Below are positions 36,365 through 49,872 of a stretch of DNA of 64,000 nt, one piece after another. Under the pieces are notes generated by a model. It made no database searches. It was given only the letters and a program-made list of their open reading frames with translations, and was not told the origin of the DNA. Numbering within the stretch: the first letter of the stretch is position 1; each line of letters opens with the position of its first letter. Origin of the DNA: Escherichia coli 042 (GTDB lineage Bacteria > Pseudomonadota > Gammaproteobacteria > Enterobacterales > Enterobacteriaceae). The stretch lies in assembly GCF_000027125.1 (NCBI RefSeq), contig NC_017626.1. The stretch is one strand, 5' to 3'. The position numbers were made by a program, and so were the translations under genes.

Positions 36365-36739
36365 ATGAAGAAAATCATTTGTCTGGTCATTACGCTGCTA
36401 ATGACACTCCCCGTTTACGCGAAGTTAACTGCCCATGAAGAAGCCCGTATCAACGCCATGCTGGAGGGATTAGCACAGAAAAAGGATTTGATATTTGTGC
36501 GTAACGGCGATGAACACACCTGTGATGAAGCGGTTTCCCACCTGCGTCTGAAGCTCGGCAACACGCGCAACCGCATTGACACCGCCGAGCAGTTTATTGA
36601 TAAGGTGGCCTCGTCGTCATCGATTACCGGGAAGCCGTATATCGTGAAGATGCCCGGTAAAAGCGATGAGAACGCACAACCTTTTTTACATGCGCTAATT
36701 GCGCAGACGGATAAAACGGTGCCTGCGGAAGGGAATTAA
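36365..36739 (+). CDS. yfeK: uncharacterised secreted protein
   Basis: 124-aa ORF with signal peptide [19 protein letters not shown]; recognised as YfeK. Confidence 0.8.
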   Translation: MKKIICLVITLLMTLPVYAKLTAHEEARINAMLEGLAQKKDLIFVRNGDEHTCDEAVSHLRLKLGNTRNRIDTAEQFIDKVASSSSITGKPYIVKMPGKSDENAQPFLHALIAQTDKTVPAEGN

Positions 36740-36771
36740 TCCGCTCTGGCAAGGTAGTTACAGGAGGTAAC

Positions 36772-37506
36772 ATGAAAAAATGCTTTATTTATAACGATGA
36801 AAAATCGAATAAATTTTGGTGGATAGATTACAAAGAGGATAGTTTAGCGGTCAACTATGGCAAGGTAGGTAGTATTGGTAAATTCCAGACAAAAGAGTTC
36901 GATAATGAAGAACAGTGTCTGAAAGCAGCCAGTAAATTGATTGCCGCAAAAATGAAGAAAGGCTATCAAGAAGATCCAAACGTTAACTTCATGGATCGCT
37001 ACTATTTTGATGATGAAGAAATTGGGTTACATGTTAAAACGTCACACCCAAACTTCCAGTGCCATTTTACTGATCCACTTTATATGTGTTGCTGGGATGA
37101 AGAATCTCCTTTTGGCAGCGATGAAGGTGCTGATGCTCTAAACGTTCTTGAAAATAGCCTCCGTAAAGAGCCGGATCTGGACTGTGCTGATTTCCCTCAA
37201 ATGTTAATTGAAACTGTGTGGGGTATGAAATACATCGCTATGGACAGTATTCTTGAAGAGGATGTTCGTGCGCAATTACTAGTCGATGAAATGAGCACTA
37301 TCCAGAGCAATATGATTACCTACGCGACTGCATTCGGTCAGATTAAAGTCATGGGTAAAATCTCCCATAAACTTAAAAAGATGGGACTCAATGCACTAGC
37401 GCGTCATCAGCTTACCGCAAAAATTCTTCAATGGGGTGACGGTCAGGACTCACCAATACTTCAAAAAATGATTGACGATCTAACCGCTTTTCCACACGAA
37501 AATTAA
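36772..37506 (+). CDS. yfeS: WGR-domain protein of unknown function
   Basis: 244-aa ORF recognised as YfeS; coding sequence is visibly AT-rich. Confidence 0.8.
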   Translation: MKKCFIYNDEKSNKFWWIDYKEDSLAVNYGKVGSIGKFQTKEFDNEEQCLKAASKLIAAKMKKGYQEDPNVNFMDRYYFDDEEIGLHVKTSHPNFQCHFTDPLYMCCWDEESPFGSDEGADALNVLENSLRKEPDLDCADFPQMLIETVWGMKYIAMDSILEEDVRAQLLVDEMSTIQSNMITYATAFGQIKVMGKISHKLKKMGLNALARHQLTAKILQWGDGQDSPILQKMIDDLTAFPHEN

Positions 37507-37557
37507 ATACTGTATTTGCCGGCAGCAACAACTGTTGACAAAGTGCGCTCTGTTTAT

Positions 37558-37655
37558 GCCGGATGCGGCGCAAACGCCTTATCCGGCCTACAAAATCATG
37601 CTAATTCAATATATTGCAGAAATATCGTAGGCCTGATAAGCGTAGCGCATCAGGC
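37558..37655. repeat. REP pair (BIME) between yfeS and cysM
   Basis: gccggatgcggcgcaaacgccttatccggcctac and gtaggcctgataagcgtagcgcatcaggc. Confidence 0.7.
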
Positions 37656-37694
37656 AGTTTTGCATTTGTCATCAATCTCAAGTGCTATTAATCC

Positions 37695-38606
37695 TTAAAT
37701 CCCCGCCCCCTGGCTAAAATGCTCTTCCCCAAACACCCCGGTAGAAAGGTAGCGATCGCCGCGATCGCAGATGATCGCGACCACCACCGCGCCGGGGTTA
37801 GCTTTTGCCACGCGCAGTGCTCCGGCAACCGCGCCGCCGGAGCTGACGCCACAGAATATTCCTTCCCGCACTGCCAGTTCGCGCATGGTGTTTTCCGCTT
37901 CTCGCTGATGAATATCCAGCACCTCATCCACCAGAGAAGCGTTGAAAATCCCCGGCAGATATTCCGCAGGCCAGCGGCGAATGCCGGGAATGCTACTGCC
38001 CTCTTCCGGCTGCAGGCCAACAATGGTCACCGGTTTGGATTGTTCGCGCATAAAGCGTGAAACGCCGGTGATAGTGCCGGTTGTTCCCATGCTGGAGACA
38101 AAATGGGTAATGCGCCCGCCAGTTTGCTGCCAGATTTCCGGCCCGGTGGTGGTGTAATGGGCGTAGGGATTATCAGGATTATTGAACTGATCGAGCAGCT
38201 TTCCTTCACCACGATTCGCCATCTCCAGCGCCAGATCGCGCGCACCTTCCATGCCCTGCTCTTTGGTGACAAGAATCAGTTCCGCACCATAAGCACGCAT
38301 CGCCGCACGGCGTTCCTGGCTCATGTTGTCGGGCATCAGCAATTTCATGCGATAGCCTTTAAGCGCGGCAATCATTGCCAGCGCAATGCCGGTGTTACCA
38401 CTGGTGGCTTCGATCAGCACGTCCCCCGGTTTAATTTCCCCGCGCTTTTCCGCCTCGACGATCATCGAAAGTGCCGCACGATCTTTTACCGAACCTGCCG
38501 GGTTATTGCCTTCCAGTTTCAACCAGATTTCACTGCCGTTATTCGGCCCCATTCGCTGCAACTTCACCAGAGGCGTATTGCCAATTGTTTGTTCTAATGT
38601 ACTCAC
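37695..38606 (-). CDS. cysM: cysteine synthase B (O-acetylserine sulfhydrylase B)
   Basis: ORF 37695..38684 trimmed to GTG 38606 (MSTLEQTIGNTPLV...) giving 303 aa. Confidence 0.88.
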   Translation of the reverse strand: MSTLEQTIGNTPLVKLQRMGPNNGSEIWLKLEGNNPAGSVKDRAALSMIVEAEKRGEIKPGDVLIEATSGNTGIALAMIAALKGYRMKLLMPDNMSQERRAAMRAYGAELILVTKEQGMEGARDLALEMANRGEGKLLDQFNNPDNPYAHYTTTGPEIWQQTGGRITHFVSSMGTTGTITGVSRFMREQSKPVTIVGLQPEEGSSIPGIRRWPAEYLPGIFNASLVDEVLDIHQREAENTMRELAVREGIFCGVSSGGAVAGALRVAKANPGAVVVAIICDRGDRYLSTGVFGEEHFSQGAGI

Positions 38607-38629
38607 GATCTCTATCCATACGTGGTGTT

Positions 38630-38665
38630 GCCTGATGCGACGCTTACGCGTCTTATCAGGCTTAC
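38630..38665. repeat. single REP element between cysA and cysM
   Basis: gcctgatgcgacgcttacgcgtcttatcaggcttac. Confidence 0.65.
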
Positions 38666-38739
38666 AGGTTACAAACCTTGCCATTAAAAAGCCCGGATCG
38701 CGGGAAGCGCCTCCGGGCGTTTAACATTCACTCAACCTA

Positions 38740-39837
38740 TCAGGCGCTTTGTGCGAGAGCAAGTTCCTCATCGCGGGTTTCAATACGCTCGTCGCCGTTA
38801 TACAGCCGCGCATGTTGCAGACCAACGAATAAACGCTCGCCACGTTGCGGGGCGTCGTCGCCGTGCATCACGACCGTCAGCGCTTCGTTGTACCACCCCA
38901 GCGGCTGCACGACTAATTGGGTGTAGTGGCCTTTCGGGCTGGCTTCCAGTACCTGTACCGGCAGCGGCGAATCGAGGCTGGTACGGCGGCTGATATCCAC
39001 TTCCCAAGGGCGCAGGAAGAGATCCACCGGCCCCTGATACGCAGGTGTGTAGCCCAGCGGCCAGCGATGCGCGCCAACATGGAACTGCCCGCCGCGAATG
39101 GTTCCCTGCAGGCGGTTCACTTCGCCCATAAATTCGAGCACAAAGCGGGTCGCTGGTTCGCGCCATACCTGATCCGGCGCATCAGACTGCTCGATATTGC
39201 CCTGGCTCATCACCACTACACGATCGGCTACTTCGGTCGCTTCTTCCTGGTCATGGGTAACGAATACGCTGGTAAATTTCAGTTCTTCATGCAGTTGACG
39301 CAACCAGCGACGCAGCTCTTTACGCACCTGCGCATCCAGCGCGCCAAACGGTTCATCAAGCAGCAGAATTTGCGGTTCCACAGCCAGCGCACGCGCCAGC
39401 GCCACGCGCTGTTTCTGCCCGCCGGAAAGCTGTGCCGGATAACGATCCGCCAGATGCGCAAGCTGCACCATCTCCAGCAATTTTGTCACTTTCGCTTTGA
39501 TGGCTGCGGCATTCGGGCGCTCGCGACGCGGCAGCACCGTCAGGCCAAAAGCGATATTGTCGAATACCGTCATATGACGGAACAGCGCGTAATGCTGGAA
39601 CACGAAACCGACTTTGCGATCGCGCGCGTGCAGACGGCTGACGTCGGTGCCGTGGAAGCGAATATGCCCGCTGGTTTGATGCTCCAGCCCAGCAATAATG
39701 CGCAGCAGCGTGGTTTTCCCGGAACCAGACGGCCCCAGCAATGCGACCATCTGACCAGAAGGAATATCCAGTGAGATATCGTTCAGCACCTGGGTGCGAC
39801 CAAAAGACTTCTTAATATTGGCAATCTCAATGCTCAT
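38740..39837 (-). CDS. cysA: sulfate/thiosulfate ABC transporter ATP-binding protein
   Basis: 365-aa ORF with Walker [10 protein letters not shown]; recognised as CysA. Confidence 0.95.
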   Translation of the reverse strand: MSIEIANIKKSFGRTQVLNDISLDIPSGQMVALLGPSGSGKTTLLRIIAGLEHQTSGHIRFHGTDVSRLHARDRKVGFVFQHYALFRHMTVFDNIAFGLTVLPRRERPNAAAIKAKVTKLLEMVQLAHLADRYPAQLSGGQKQRVALARALAVEPQILLLDEPFGALDAQVRKELRRWLRQLHEELKFTSVFVTHDQEEATEVADRVVVMSQGNIEQSDAPDQVWREPATRFVLEFMGEVNRLQGTIRGGQFHVGAHRWPLGYTPAYQGPVDLFLRPWEVDISRRTSLDSPLPVQVLEASPKGHYTQLVVQPLGWYNEALTVVMHGDDAPQRGERLFVGLQHARLYNGDERIETRDEELALAQSA

Positions 39838-40702
39838 GATGCTCCTCCTGCTGCGCGCGTTTTTCCTGATTCTCCAGACGCCACTGCAACATACTCTTTA
39901 AAAACAGGGTGATAATCGCCATCAGCGTCAACAACGCGGCAGCGGTAAAGGAGCCGACGGTGTTGTAGTCTTGCTCCAGCAATTCAATCTGTAACGGCAG
40001 CGAAAGTGTTTCGCCGCGAATCGAGCCGGAAACCACCGACACCGCACCAAACTCGCCAATCGCGCGGGCGTTGGTCAGCACCACGCCATAAAGCAGCGCC
40101 CAGCGAATGTTCGGCAATGTGACGCGGCGAAACATCTGCCAGCCAGACGCGCCAAGCAAAATCGCCGCTTCGTCTTCCTGGCTGCCCTGGCTTAACATCA
40201 CCGGCACCAGCTCGCGCACCACAAACGGACACGTCACAAAGATGGTGACCAGCACCATTCCCGGCCAGGAGAACATAATTTGCAGATTATGTTCATCCAG
40301 CCAGCCACCGAGCGGGCCGTTAGAGCCGTAAAACAGCAGATACACCAGACCGGCTACCACAGGCGACACGGCAAACGGAATGTCCAGCAGCGTCAGCAGT
40401 AACTGGCGTCCAGGGAAGTTAAAGCGCGTCACCAGCCAGGCCAGCAGAATGCCGAACACCAGGTTTACCGGTACGGCAATCAGCGCGATCATCACCGTCA
40501 GCCAGATGGCGTGCAGCATGTCCGGATCGGCCAGATTCTGTAAAACCGGCATCAGCCCTTTGCTGAACGCCTGTACGAAGATATAAATCATCGGCACCAG
40601 CAGGATGAACGCCGAAACCAGCATCCCGATACCAATCAGAAACCACTTGCCCCAGTTAATCGGGCGCGCGCCATAACGCTTCAATTGGGTAACTTCCGCC
40701 AT
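39827..40702 (-). CDS. cysW: sulfate/thiosulfate ABC transporter permease
   Basis: 291-aa ORF; overlaps cysA start by 11 nt. Confidence 0.95.
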   Translation of the reverse strand: MAEVTQLKRYGARPINWGKWFLIGIGMLVSAFILLVPMIYIFVQAFSKGLMPVLQNLADPDMLHAIWLTVMIALIAVPVNLVFGILLAWLVTRFNFPGRQLLLTLLDIPFAVSPVVAGLVYLLFYGSNGPLGGWLDEHNLQIMFSWPGMVLVTIFVTCPFVVRELVPVMLSQGSQEDEAAILLGASGWQMFRRVTLPNIRWALLYGVVLTNARAIGEFGAVSVVSGSIRGETLSLPLQIELLEQDYNTVGSFTAAALLTLMAIITLFLKSMLQWRLENQEKRAQQEEHHEH

Positions 40703-41535
40703 TAATGACCTACCACACGCCGACCAAAGCGACTTTGCAGAGTGTTAATTGAGAACAACAGCAGCAGGGATGCCGCGAGGATCACCGAAGCAATCGCGCT
40801 CGCCGCCGGGTAATCAAACTCCTGCAAGCGCACAAAAATCATCAGCGACGTCACTTCCGTCTTCCAGGCGATGTTCCCGGCGATAAAAATCACCGCGCCA
40901 AACTCACCAAGACTACGAGTAAACGACAGCGCCACGCCCGCCACCAGCGCCGGAGAAAGTTCCGGCAGCACCACTTTGCAGAAACTCTGCCAGCGCGTTG
41001 CACCAAGCGTTTCTGCAGCTTCTTCATATTCCGGGCCTAACTCTTCCAGCACCGGCTGCACGGTACGCACCACAAACGGAATACTGGTAAAAGCCATCGC
41101 CACCGCAATCCCCAGCCAGGTATAGGTAACTTTGATATCAAACTTCGCCAGCCATTCACCGTAAAAACCGTTCACGGAAAAGAGCGAGGCCAGCGTTAAA
41201 CCGGCGACTGCCGTTGGCAGCGCAAAGGGTAAATCCATCAGCGCATCAAGCAGCGTGCGGCCCGGAAAGCGATAACGGGTTAAGATCCACGCCATCAGCA
41301 GGCCGAAAACGCCGTTAAAAATTGATGCCACAAACGCCGACAGCAGCGTCACTTTGTAGGCCGCGACCACCTGCGGGTTGGTGATCACCTCCCAGTACTG
41401 CGCCCAGCTCATCTCAGAGAGCTGCATCACCAGCGCGGAGAGCGGCAGCAGCAAAATCAGGCACACAAACAGCAGACTGGTGCCGAGGCTTAAGGTAAAG
41501 CCCGGCAGCACGCGTCTTGATGAAACTGCAAACAT
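40702..41535 (-). CDS. cysU: sulfate/thiosulfate ABC transporter permease
   Basis: 277-aa ORF; 1-nt overlap with cysW start. Confidence 0.95.
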   Translation of the reverse strand: MFAVSSRRVLPGFTLSLGTSLLFVCLILLLPLSALVMQLSEMSWAQYWEVITNPQVVAAYKVTLLSAFVASIFNGVFGLLMAWILTRYRFPGRTLLDALMDLPFALPTAVAGLTLASLFSVNGFYGEWLAKFDIKVTYTWLGIAVAMAFTSIPFVVRTVQPVLEELGPEYEEAAETLGATRWQSFCKVVLPELSPALVAGVALSFTRSLGEFGAVIFIAGNIAWKTEVTSLMIFVRLQEFDYPAASAIASVILAASLLLLFSINTLQSRFGRRVVGH

Positions 41536-42551
41536 TAATTACGCCCCGCCGCTAACAGCTTGTCTAACTCGCCGCCGCTGGTGAAGTGGGTTTTCATCAC
41601 TTCCGGCCAGGAGCCAAATTTGTCTTCCACGCGGAACAGTTCGGTCTGCGGGAATTTGTCTTTCAGTTTGTCCATGACTTCCGGGTTATTTACGCGGTAG
41701 TAATAGTCGGTGATGATGGTTTGCGCCTGCGGGCTGTAGAGCCAGTTCAGGTAAGCTTTTGCTGCTTTTTCCGTACCGTTGGCCTGCACATTTTTATCGA
41801 CCCACGCCACCGGGAATTCCGCAAGAATGTTAGTTTTCGGAATAACTACTTCGAAGCCCTGCGCTTCATACTGTTTACGAATGTTGTTCACTTCCGATTC
41901 GAAGCTAATCAGCACATCGCCCAGCCCGCGCTCGGCAAAGGTGGTGGTCGCGCCACGGCCACCGGTATCGAACACTTCAACGTTTTTCAGGAACTGGGTC
42001 ATAAACTGTTCGGTTTTGGCTTTGTCGCCACCGTCAGCTTTATCCGCTGCGCCCCATGCCGCCAGATAGGTGTAACGTGCGTTACCCGACGTTTTCGGGT
42101 TCGGGAAAATCAGCTTCACGTCGGAGCGCACCAGATCGTTCCAGTCGTGGATATTTTTCGGGTTGCCCTTACGCACCAGGAAACCCATGGTGGAGTAGAA
42201 CGGCGAGCTGTTATTCGGCAGGCGCGTTTGCCAGTCGGCCGGGATCAGCTTGCCTTTGTCGTGCAGGATTTGTACGTCAGTCACCTGGTTATAAGTGACA
42301 ACGTCGGCTTTTAAGCCCTGCAAAATCGCCAACGCCTGTTTTGATGACCCGGCATGAGATTGTTTTATCGTCAGTTTGTCGCCGCCGTTATCTTTGGCCC
42401 ATTGTTGCTCAAACGGCGGGTTCAGGGCGGCAAACAGCTCGCGGGAGACGTCATAAGAACTGTTCAGCAGTTCCGTTGCCTGTACATGGCCCGCCAGCAG
42501 CAGAGAAGCGACCAGCGCGAGTGAGTTCTTTTTCAGTAAGTTAACGGCCAT
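41535..42551 (-). CDS. cysP: thiosulfate-binding periplasmic protein
   Basis: 338-aa ORF with signal peptide; recognised as CysP. Confidence 0.95.
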   Translation of the reverse strand: MAVNLLKKNSLALVASLLLAGHVQATELLNSSYDVSRELFAALNPPFEQQWAKDNGGDKLTIKQSHAGSSKQALAILQGLKADVVTYNQVTDVQILHDKGKLIPADWQTRLPNNSSPFYSTMGFLVRKGNPKNIHDWNDLVRSDVKLIFPNPKTSGNARYTYLAAWGAADKADGGDKAKTEQFMTQFLKNVEVFDTGGRGATTTFAERGLGDVLISFESEVNNIRKQYEAQGFEVVIPKTNILAEFPVAWVDKNVQANGTEKAAKAYLNWLYSPQAQTIITDYYYRVNNPEVMDKLKDKFPQTELFRVEDKFGSWPEVMKTHFTSGGELDKLLAAGRN

Positions 42552-42721
42552 TGCGCACCCTTATAAATTTAATGACTTTCTAATAGCCATCATATTTATA
42601 ACGGACGTGAAAGGAGTAACGGTTTTATATACCGTTTGGTGATTTGGAAGTTGAAAAGGGAATAAGAACCGGGTTCAAGACGAAATCCTCCCCACAAATG
42701 CAGGGAGGAAACAGAGGTGAA

Positions 42722-43513
42722 TCAGATGCCGACGCTAACCGTCTCCGGCAGTGTGCTGCCGCCATCAATCACATTCTGTGTACCGGTTAAATAACTTGAT
42801 TCATCCGATGCGAGGAAGGCTGCCAGTTCGCCGACTTCCAGCGGATCGGCGAGGCGACGCATCGGGATTGCTTTTGCCATTTCAGTCAGCACCGATTCTG
42901 GATCTTCCGGGTTCGACTGGCGGGCAATGCTTTCCGCCATTGGCGTGCGTACGTATCCCGGGCAGATGGCGTTAACGCGAATACCAGACCGCGCGTACTC
43001 CACCGCCAGCGATTTAGTCAGGCCAACAATCGCCGCTTTCGTTAAGGCATACGCCGTTTCACCCGGATCGGCCACCATATCGCCAGTGACTGAAGACATC
43101 ATCACAATGCGACCATCTTTGCGGGCAATCATCTCCGGCAGCACCGCCTTCGTGACGTTCCATACACCTTTAATATTGATATCAATATGGAAATCGCGAT
43201 CTTCATCGCTCATATCGAGGAAACTGCCCAGACGACAAACGCCTGCGTTATTCACCAGGATATCAATGCGCCCTTCTTTTTCCTTCGCGCGCTTGATAGC
43301 TGCGGCGACCGACGCCGGGTCACGCACATCGGCGACAACCGCCGTACAGCGATGACCACGACCACACAGTTCGTCCGCCAGCTTTTCGATCTCAGGGGAG
43401 ATATCCAGCAAGATTAGGTTTGCGCCATGACGCGCAAAAGTTCTGGCAATTCCTTCGCCAATTCCCTGCAATGCGCCCGTAATCAGTGCTGTCTTGCCCG
43501 TGAGTTTACCCAT
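42722..43513 (-). CDS. ucpA: short-chain dehydrogenase/reductase
   Basis: ORF 42722..43579 trimmed to ATG 43513 (MGKLTGKTALITGALQGIG...) with AGGAGA SD; 263 aa. Confidence 0.88.
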   Translation of the reverse strand: MGKLTGKTALITGALQGIGEGIARTFARHGANLILLDISPEIEKLADELCGRGHRCTAVVADVRDPASVAAAIKRAKEKEGRIDILVNNAGVCRLGSFLDMSDEDRDFHIDINIKGVWNVTKAVLPEMIARKDGRIVMMSSVTGDMVADPGETAYALTKAAIVGLTKSLAVEYARSGIRVNAICPGYVRTPMAESIARQSNPEDPESVLTEMAKAIPMRRLADPLEVGELAAFLASDESSYLTGTQNVIDGGSTLPETVSVGI

Positions 43514-43641
43514 TTTAATGCTCTCCTTGTTAATACAGAGCGTTACACTCCATTCCCTCTGAAAATACAGGATAAACAAAATATTGCTGCGGATCAGCTC
43601 ACTAATTCAGGAAAATCTCAATTCAGTCGCTGCTTTATGCA

Positions 43642-44499
43642 TCATTTCAGGCGTTGCGTTAGCTCACTGCTGCGCTCAATCATTTTCAATGACTCCACAT
43701 CATTGAGTTGCACAAGGCCAACAAACAGTAAATCGGTAACAGAATTTTGCGCCGTGCGGGTAGACATCGACGAGCTACGCCATTCGGTTTCACCGGAAAC
43801 GGTATCGAGCGTGAAATGCGCCAGCCGCCGCAGCGGAGAATCGGTTAACGAGGTAATGGCAATCACCGTTGCCCCCTGCTTTCGTGCTGCCTCGGCGCAC
43901 AAGACAATCTCTTTTTTACTGCCGCTGTAAGAGATAGCGATTTGTACATCGCCTTTTTTTAGCGCCTGAGAAACGGTGGCTTGTACGTGCGTGTCGGCTT
44001 CACAGGCCACGCGATAGCCAATTTTCATCAGTTTGAACGACAGATCGCGCCCCACCAGCGCCGACCCGCCCAGGCCCGTTATCTGGATAAACGGTGCTTT
44101 ACTGATGGCCTCAATGATTTTTTGCAGCCGCGCGTAGTCGAACAACGCGCAGGTTTGCTCCAGCGCCAGCTCTTTTTCGCGATTCAGTTTGCGGGCAATC
44201 ACTTCCAGCGAATCATCACTGGTAATCGAACTGTGCAGGTGCAGCGCCGTGGCATTCGTTTTCTCCCGGCTGGCACTGTATTCGCCAATTAACGCCATAC
44301 GCAATTCAGTAAATCCTTGCGCGCCGAGCTTCTGGGCAAACTTCACAATACTCGACTGACTGATGCCGAGCTGTTTCGCCATCTTGCGCGAAGAGACAGA
44401 TTTCAGCTCACTCACGTTGGCCCGCAGAAAGTCAGCAATTTTTTGCTCGTTCCCGGTAAATTCACTTTCCGCATTGCGTATTTTCGTCAGGTACAACAT
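43642..44499 (-). CDS. murR: RpiR/SIS-family repressor of MurNAc catabolism
   Basis: ORF 43642..44832 trimmed to ATG 44499 ([14 protein letters not shown]...) giving 285 aa; the longer reading would overlap murQ. Confidence 0.85.
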   Translation of the reverse strand: MLYLTKIRNAESEFTGNEQKIADFLRANVSELKSVSSRKMAKQLGISQSSIVKFAQKLGAQGFTELRMALIGEYSASREKTNATALHLHSSITSDDSLEVIARKLNREKELALEQTCALFDYARLQKIIEAISKAPFIQITGLGGSALVGRDLSFKLMKIGYRVACEADTHVQATVSQALKKGDVQIAISYSGSKKEIVLCAEAARKQGATVIAITSLTDSPLRRLAHFTLDTVSGETEWRSSSMSTRTAQNSVTDLLFVGLVQLNDVESLKMIERSSELTQRLK

Positions 44500-44662
44500 C
44501 TTCCACTCTCCTGGGCTGGCAGCAAAAATTCCGCTTAAGTTCTTATGACGCTCTTCACACTCTGCGAGTGTAGACTCAATGATTCCTTTAAGTCTGTCAA
44601 TTCGGGATATATGATTCCATACATCTGCAATTATTTGATCGTAAATAGTAAGGTCACCACCG

Positions 44663-45559
44663 ATGCAACTTGAAAAGATGATTACCGAAGGCTCGAACGC
44701 CGCCTCGGCTGAAATTGACCGCGTATCAACGCTGGAAATGTGCCGGATTATCAACGATGAAGATAAAACCGTGCCGCTTGCCGTTGAGCGCGTACTGCCG
44801 GATATCGCCGCGGCGATCGATGTTATCCACACCCAGGTAAGCGGCGGCGGGCGTCTGATTTATCTCGGTGCGGGAACATCCGGTCGTCTGGGGATTCTGG
44901 ATGCCAGCGAATGTCCGCCCACCTACGGCGTGAAACCAGGCCTGGTAGTTGGATTAATTGCTGGCGGCGAATATGCCATTCAGCACGCGGTGGAAGGCGC
45001 GGAAGATAGCCGGGAAGGTGGTGTTAACGATCTGAAAAATCTTAATTTAACGGCACAGGATGTGGTGGTTGGGATTGCGGCCAGCGGACGCACGCCGTAT
45101 GTGATTGCCGGACTGGAATACGCGCGCCAGCTCGGCTGCCGCACAGTGGGAATTTCCTGTAATCCGGGGAGCGCCGTTTCAACCACCGCAGAGTTTGCCA
45201 TTACACCGATTGTAGGTGCCGAAGTAGTCACCGGTTCTTCGCGAATGAAAGCAGGCACGGCGCAGAAACTGGTGCTCAATATGCTTTCCACCGGGCTGAT
45301 GATTAAATCCGGCAAAGTGTTCGGCAACCTGATGGTCGATGTGGTCGCCACCAACGAAAAACTGCATGTGCGCCAGGTCAATATCGTCAAAAACGCTACC
45401 GGATGTAGCGCAGAGCAAGCGGAAGCGGCATTGGTTGCCTGCGAGCGCAACTGTAAAACGGCCATTGTGATGGTGCTGAAAAATCTCGATGCCGCAGAAG
45501 CTAAAAAACGCCTGGATCAACACGGCGGCTTTATTCGTCAGGTTTTAGACAAGGAATAA
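44663..45559 (+). CDS. murQ: N-acetylmuramic acid 6-phosphate etherase
   Basis: 298-aa ORF with SIS domain; recognised as MurQ. Confidence 0.92.
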   Translation: MQLEKMITEGSNAASAEIDRVSTLEMCRIINDEDKTVPLAVERVLPDIAAAIDVIHTQVSGGGRLIYLGAGTSGRLGILDASECPPTYGVKPGLVVGLIAGGEYAIQHAVEGAEDSREGGVNDLKNLNLTAQDVVVGIAASGRTPYVIAGLEYARQLGCRTVGISCNPGSAVSTTAEFAITPIVGAEVVTGSSRMKAGTAQKLVLNMLSTGLMIKSGKVFGNLMVDVVATNEKLHVRQVNIVKNATGCSAEQAEAALVACERNCKTAIVMVLKNLDAAEAKKRLDQHGGFIRQVLDKE

Positions 45560-45562
45560 CCC

Positions 45563-46987
<1,425 letters not shown>

Positions 46988-46991
46988 TAAT

Positions 46992-47081
46992 ATGAAACGG
47001 ACAATGCTCTGTCTTTCTCTGCTGGCTGTCAGCTGTAGCGTCAGCGCCGCAAAATACCCTGTTCTGACAGAAAGTAGTTGA
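46992..47081 (+). pseudogene. 29-codon remnant ORF, possibly the 5-prime end of yfeW (PBP4B)
   Basis: ATG 4 nt after murP stop encodes MKRTMLCLSLLAVSCSVSAAKYPVLTESS then stop (signal-peptide-like); K-12 has the ~430-aa yfeW here (from memory). Confidence 0.4.
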
Positions 47082-47109
47082 TCAAGTGTATGCGGCGTTA
47101 AAGCAGTAA

Positions 47110-47146
47110 TAAAAAGGCCAGTCAGTTGTGATACTGGCTGGCCTTT
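47110..47146 (-). terminator. rho-independent terminator of yfeX
   Basis: minus strand: hairpin aaaggccagccag/ctgactggccttt with one G-U pair, followed by a U-tract. Confidence 0.6.
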
Positions 47147-47166
47147 AATCATCGAATCAGAAACGA

Positions 47167-48150
<984 letters not shown>

Positions 48151-48161
48151 TCAGACGCAAA

Positions 48162-48737
48162 TTAACGCCGCCAGATAATTTTACTGACTTTCCAGTTTTT
48201 CAGGGTATCGTCCGAAGGCATTAACCCTTCAGGACCACTCCATTCCCCGCTGAACTGGTAGCTAATATGTTGACTGCCTTCGGCTTTACATTCGACGGCA
48301 CGATTATCATCACCATCAGCTTTTTGGCAATTGCCAAATGCTTTGCTGTAAAGGTCGCTAAACGGTGTACCGATTTTAACACCGGTGTCAGCAGGAATAT
48401 CGCTATCCAGCACATCAATGCGGCTGATCGTACCCTGATCGCCGTTAATCACCATCGCCACGTTGTCGCCTTTCATCACTTCAAAAAAGCGCACCACGTT
48501 GCCGTTCGCGGTTTTCATTCCGCTGCGCAGGCGATAATCGCCATCAAGCGCATCGGCAATGGGTTGTTCTTGCAGTGGTGTGGACGCCGTTAATTCACCA
48601 ACGCCCTGCTCGCTCACTTTGGTGGACGACCCAAACCAGTTCCACGGGTTAGCGGCAGACCAGTTAACTGACGACATCGTGGAACAGCCGGTCAGCATCA
48701 GCGGCATAGCGCATAACATTAAACGCAGCGATTTCAT
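48162..48737 (-). CDS. yfeY: lipoprotein
   Basis: 191-aa ORF with lipobox LTGC; recognised as YfeY. Confidence 0.85.
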   Translation of the reverse strand: MKSLRLMLCAMPLMLTGCSTMSSVNWSAANPWNWFGSSTKVSEQGVGELTASTPLQEQPIADALDGDYRLRSGMKTANGNVVRFFEVMKGDNVAMVINGDQGTISRIDVLDSDIPADTGVKIGTPFSDLYSKAFGNCQKADGDDNRAVECKAEGSQHISYQFSGEWSGPEGLMPSDDTLKNWKVSKIIWRR

Positions 48738-48797
48738 GTCACTTCCTTTGGTTATTCAATAACGTTGCTTGGAGTGCAAATTCACCAAAAAGTGCCG

Positions 48798-49247
48798 TTA
48801 TTCTTTTTCTTCATTAAAACAAGCGCGTAAACGTCGATTGGTCAGCAGCCAGATTAACGCCACAATATCCGCCACTACCAGCGCCAGCCCGATACCGCTA
48901 ACGGATTCACCGTTCAGCCACAGCCACGGTTGCCAGCAAAGTAAAACCACTTGCGCCAACAGCAACAGAAAATAGAGCACATGCCAGATACGGGGAAATG
49001 AAGCCCGCCGACCACTCAGCAAAAACGCCAGCACCGCCGGAATGCCGGGAATCAACCCCAGCCAGAAATTATCGTGATCGGGATAAAACAGATTTAGCAG
49101 CGCAGTACCCTGCTCGCGCGACGCACCGGCAATGACAAACAGCACCCAGGTTCGCGCCTGAAGCAATAGCACAAGCCAGAAGAGCAAGGGTAAACGCAGG
49201 CGACCGTGCGCATCATAATGGACAGGATGAAACTCAGTACTCTTCAT
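48798..49247 (-). CDS. yfeZ: inner-membrane protein
   Basis: ORF 48798..49253 (TTG) trimmed to ATG 49247 ([15 protein letters not shown]...), 149 aa. Confidence 0.8.
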
Positions 49248-49659
49248 CTTCAATCAAACGCTTACCCAGACTTAGCACGTCGGCGTGTTCATATCCCAGG
49301 CGTTCATACATTCCGAGCACCATGTCGTTATCTTCCGGCACGTTGATCTGAATTTTCGGGCAGCCGCGAGCAATCAGCTTTTTCTCCAGCCGATTAAGCA
49401 ACGCATTAGCAATCCCACGCCCACGAAACTCTGGATGCACGCCAAGATAATAAGCAGACCCGCGATGCCCGTCATAACCGCCCATCACCGTTCCGACCAC
49501 TTCACCGTTTACCTCAGCGACCAGAAACAAACTGACGTCATGGTTCATCTTACGCTCGATGTCCATTTCCGGATCGTTCCACGGACGCAGCAAGTCGCAA
49601 CGCTCCCAAAGGGTGATGACCTCTTCGAAATCTTCCTGGCGAAATACGCGTATCTCCAT
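49234..49659 (-). CDS. ypeA: GNAT-family N-acetyltransferase
   Basis: ORF 49234..49770 trimmed to ATG 49659 ([14 protein letters not shown]...) giving 141 aa. Confidence 0.85.
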
Positions 49660-49872
49660 GGTATTCGTTACCTTTTTGCGGGTTAAAAGGCTGATTATGG
49701 CGTGAACGGTCGAATTAGCCAATATCTGACGAAAATCGGTTGAAAAAGTGGCATAATGAGGAGTTGTCAACTATTGAAATGAAAAGTAAAACAATTCTCA
49801 ACAGCAAACGGTCGTAACGGATTACGCGATACGATATAACATCTGGAACTTTATTATTACAACTCAGGCCGT

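Noticed and set aside
38917-39774. 285-aa plus-strand ORF
   Set aside because: Antisense within cysA; Arg-rich low-complexity translation
43642-44832. Extended 396-aa reading of murR, and similar N-terminal extensions of cysM, ucpA, ypeA, yfeX, eutM, zipA, pdeA and ypeB in the ORF track
   Set aside because: The upstream in-frame codons lack SD sequences and would overlap neighbouring genes or promoters; internal starts with good SDs give the expected protein lengths
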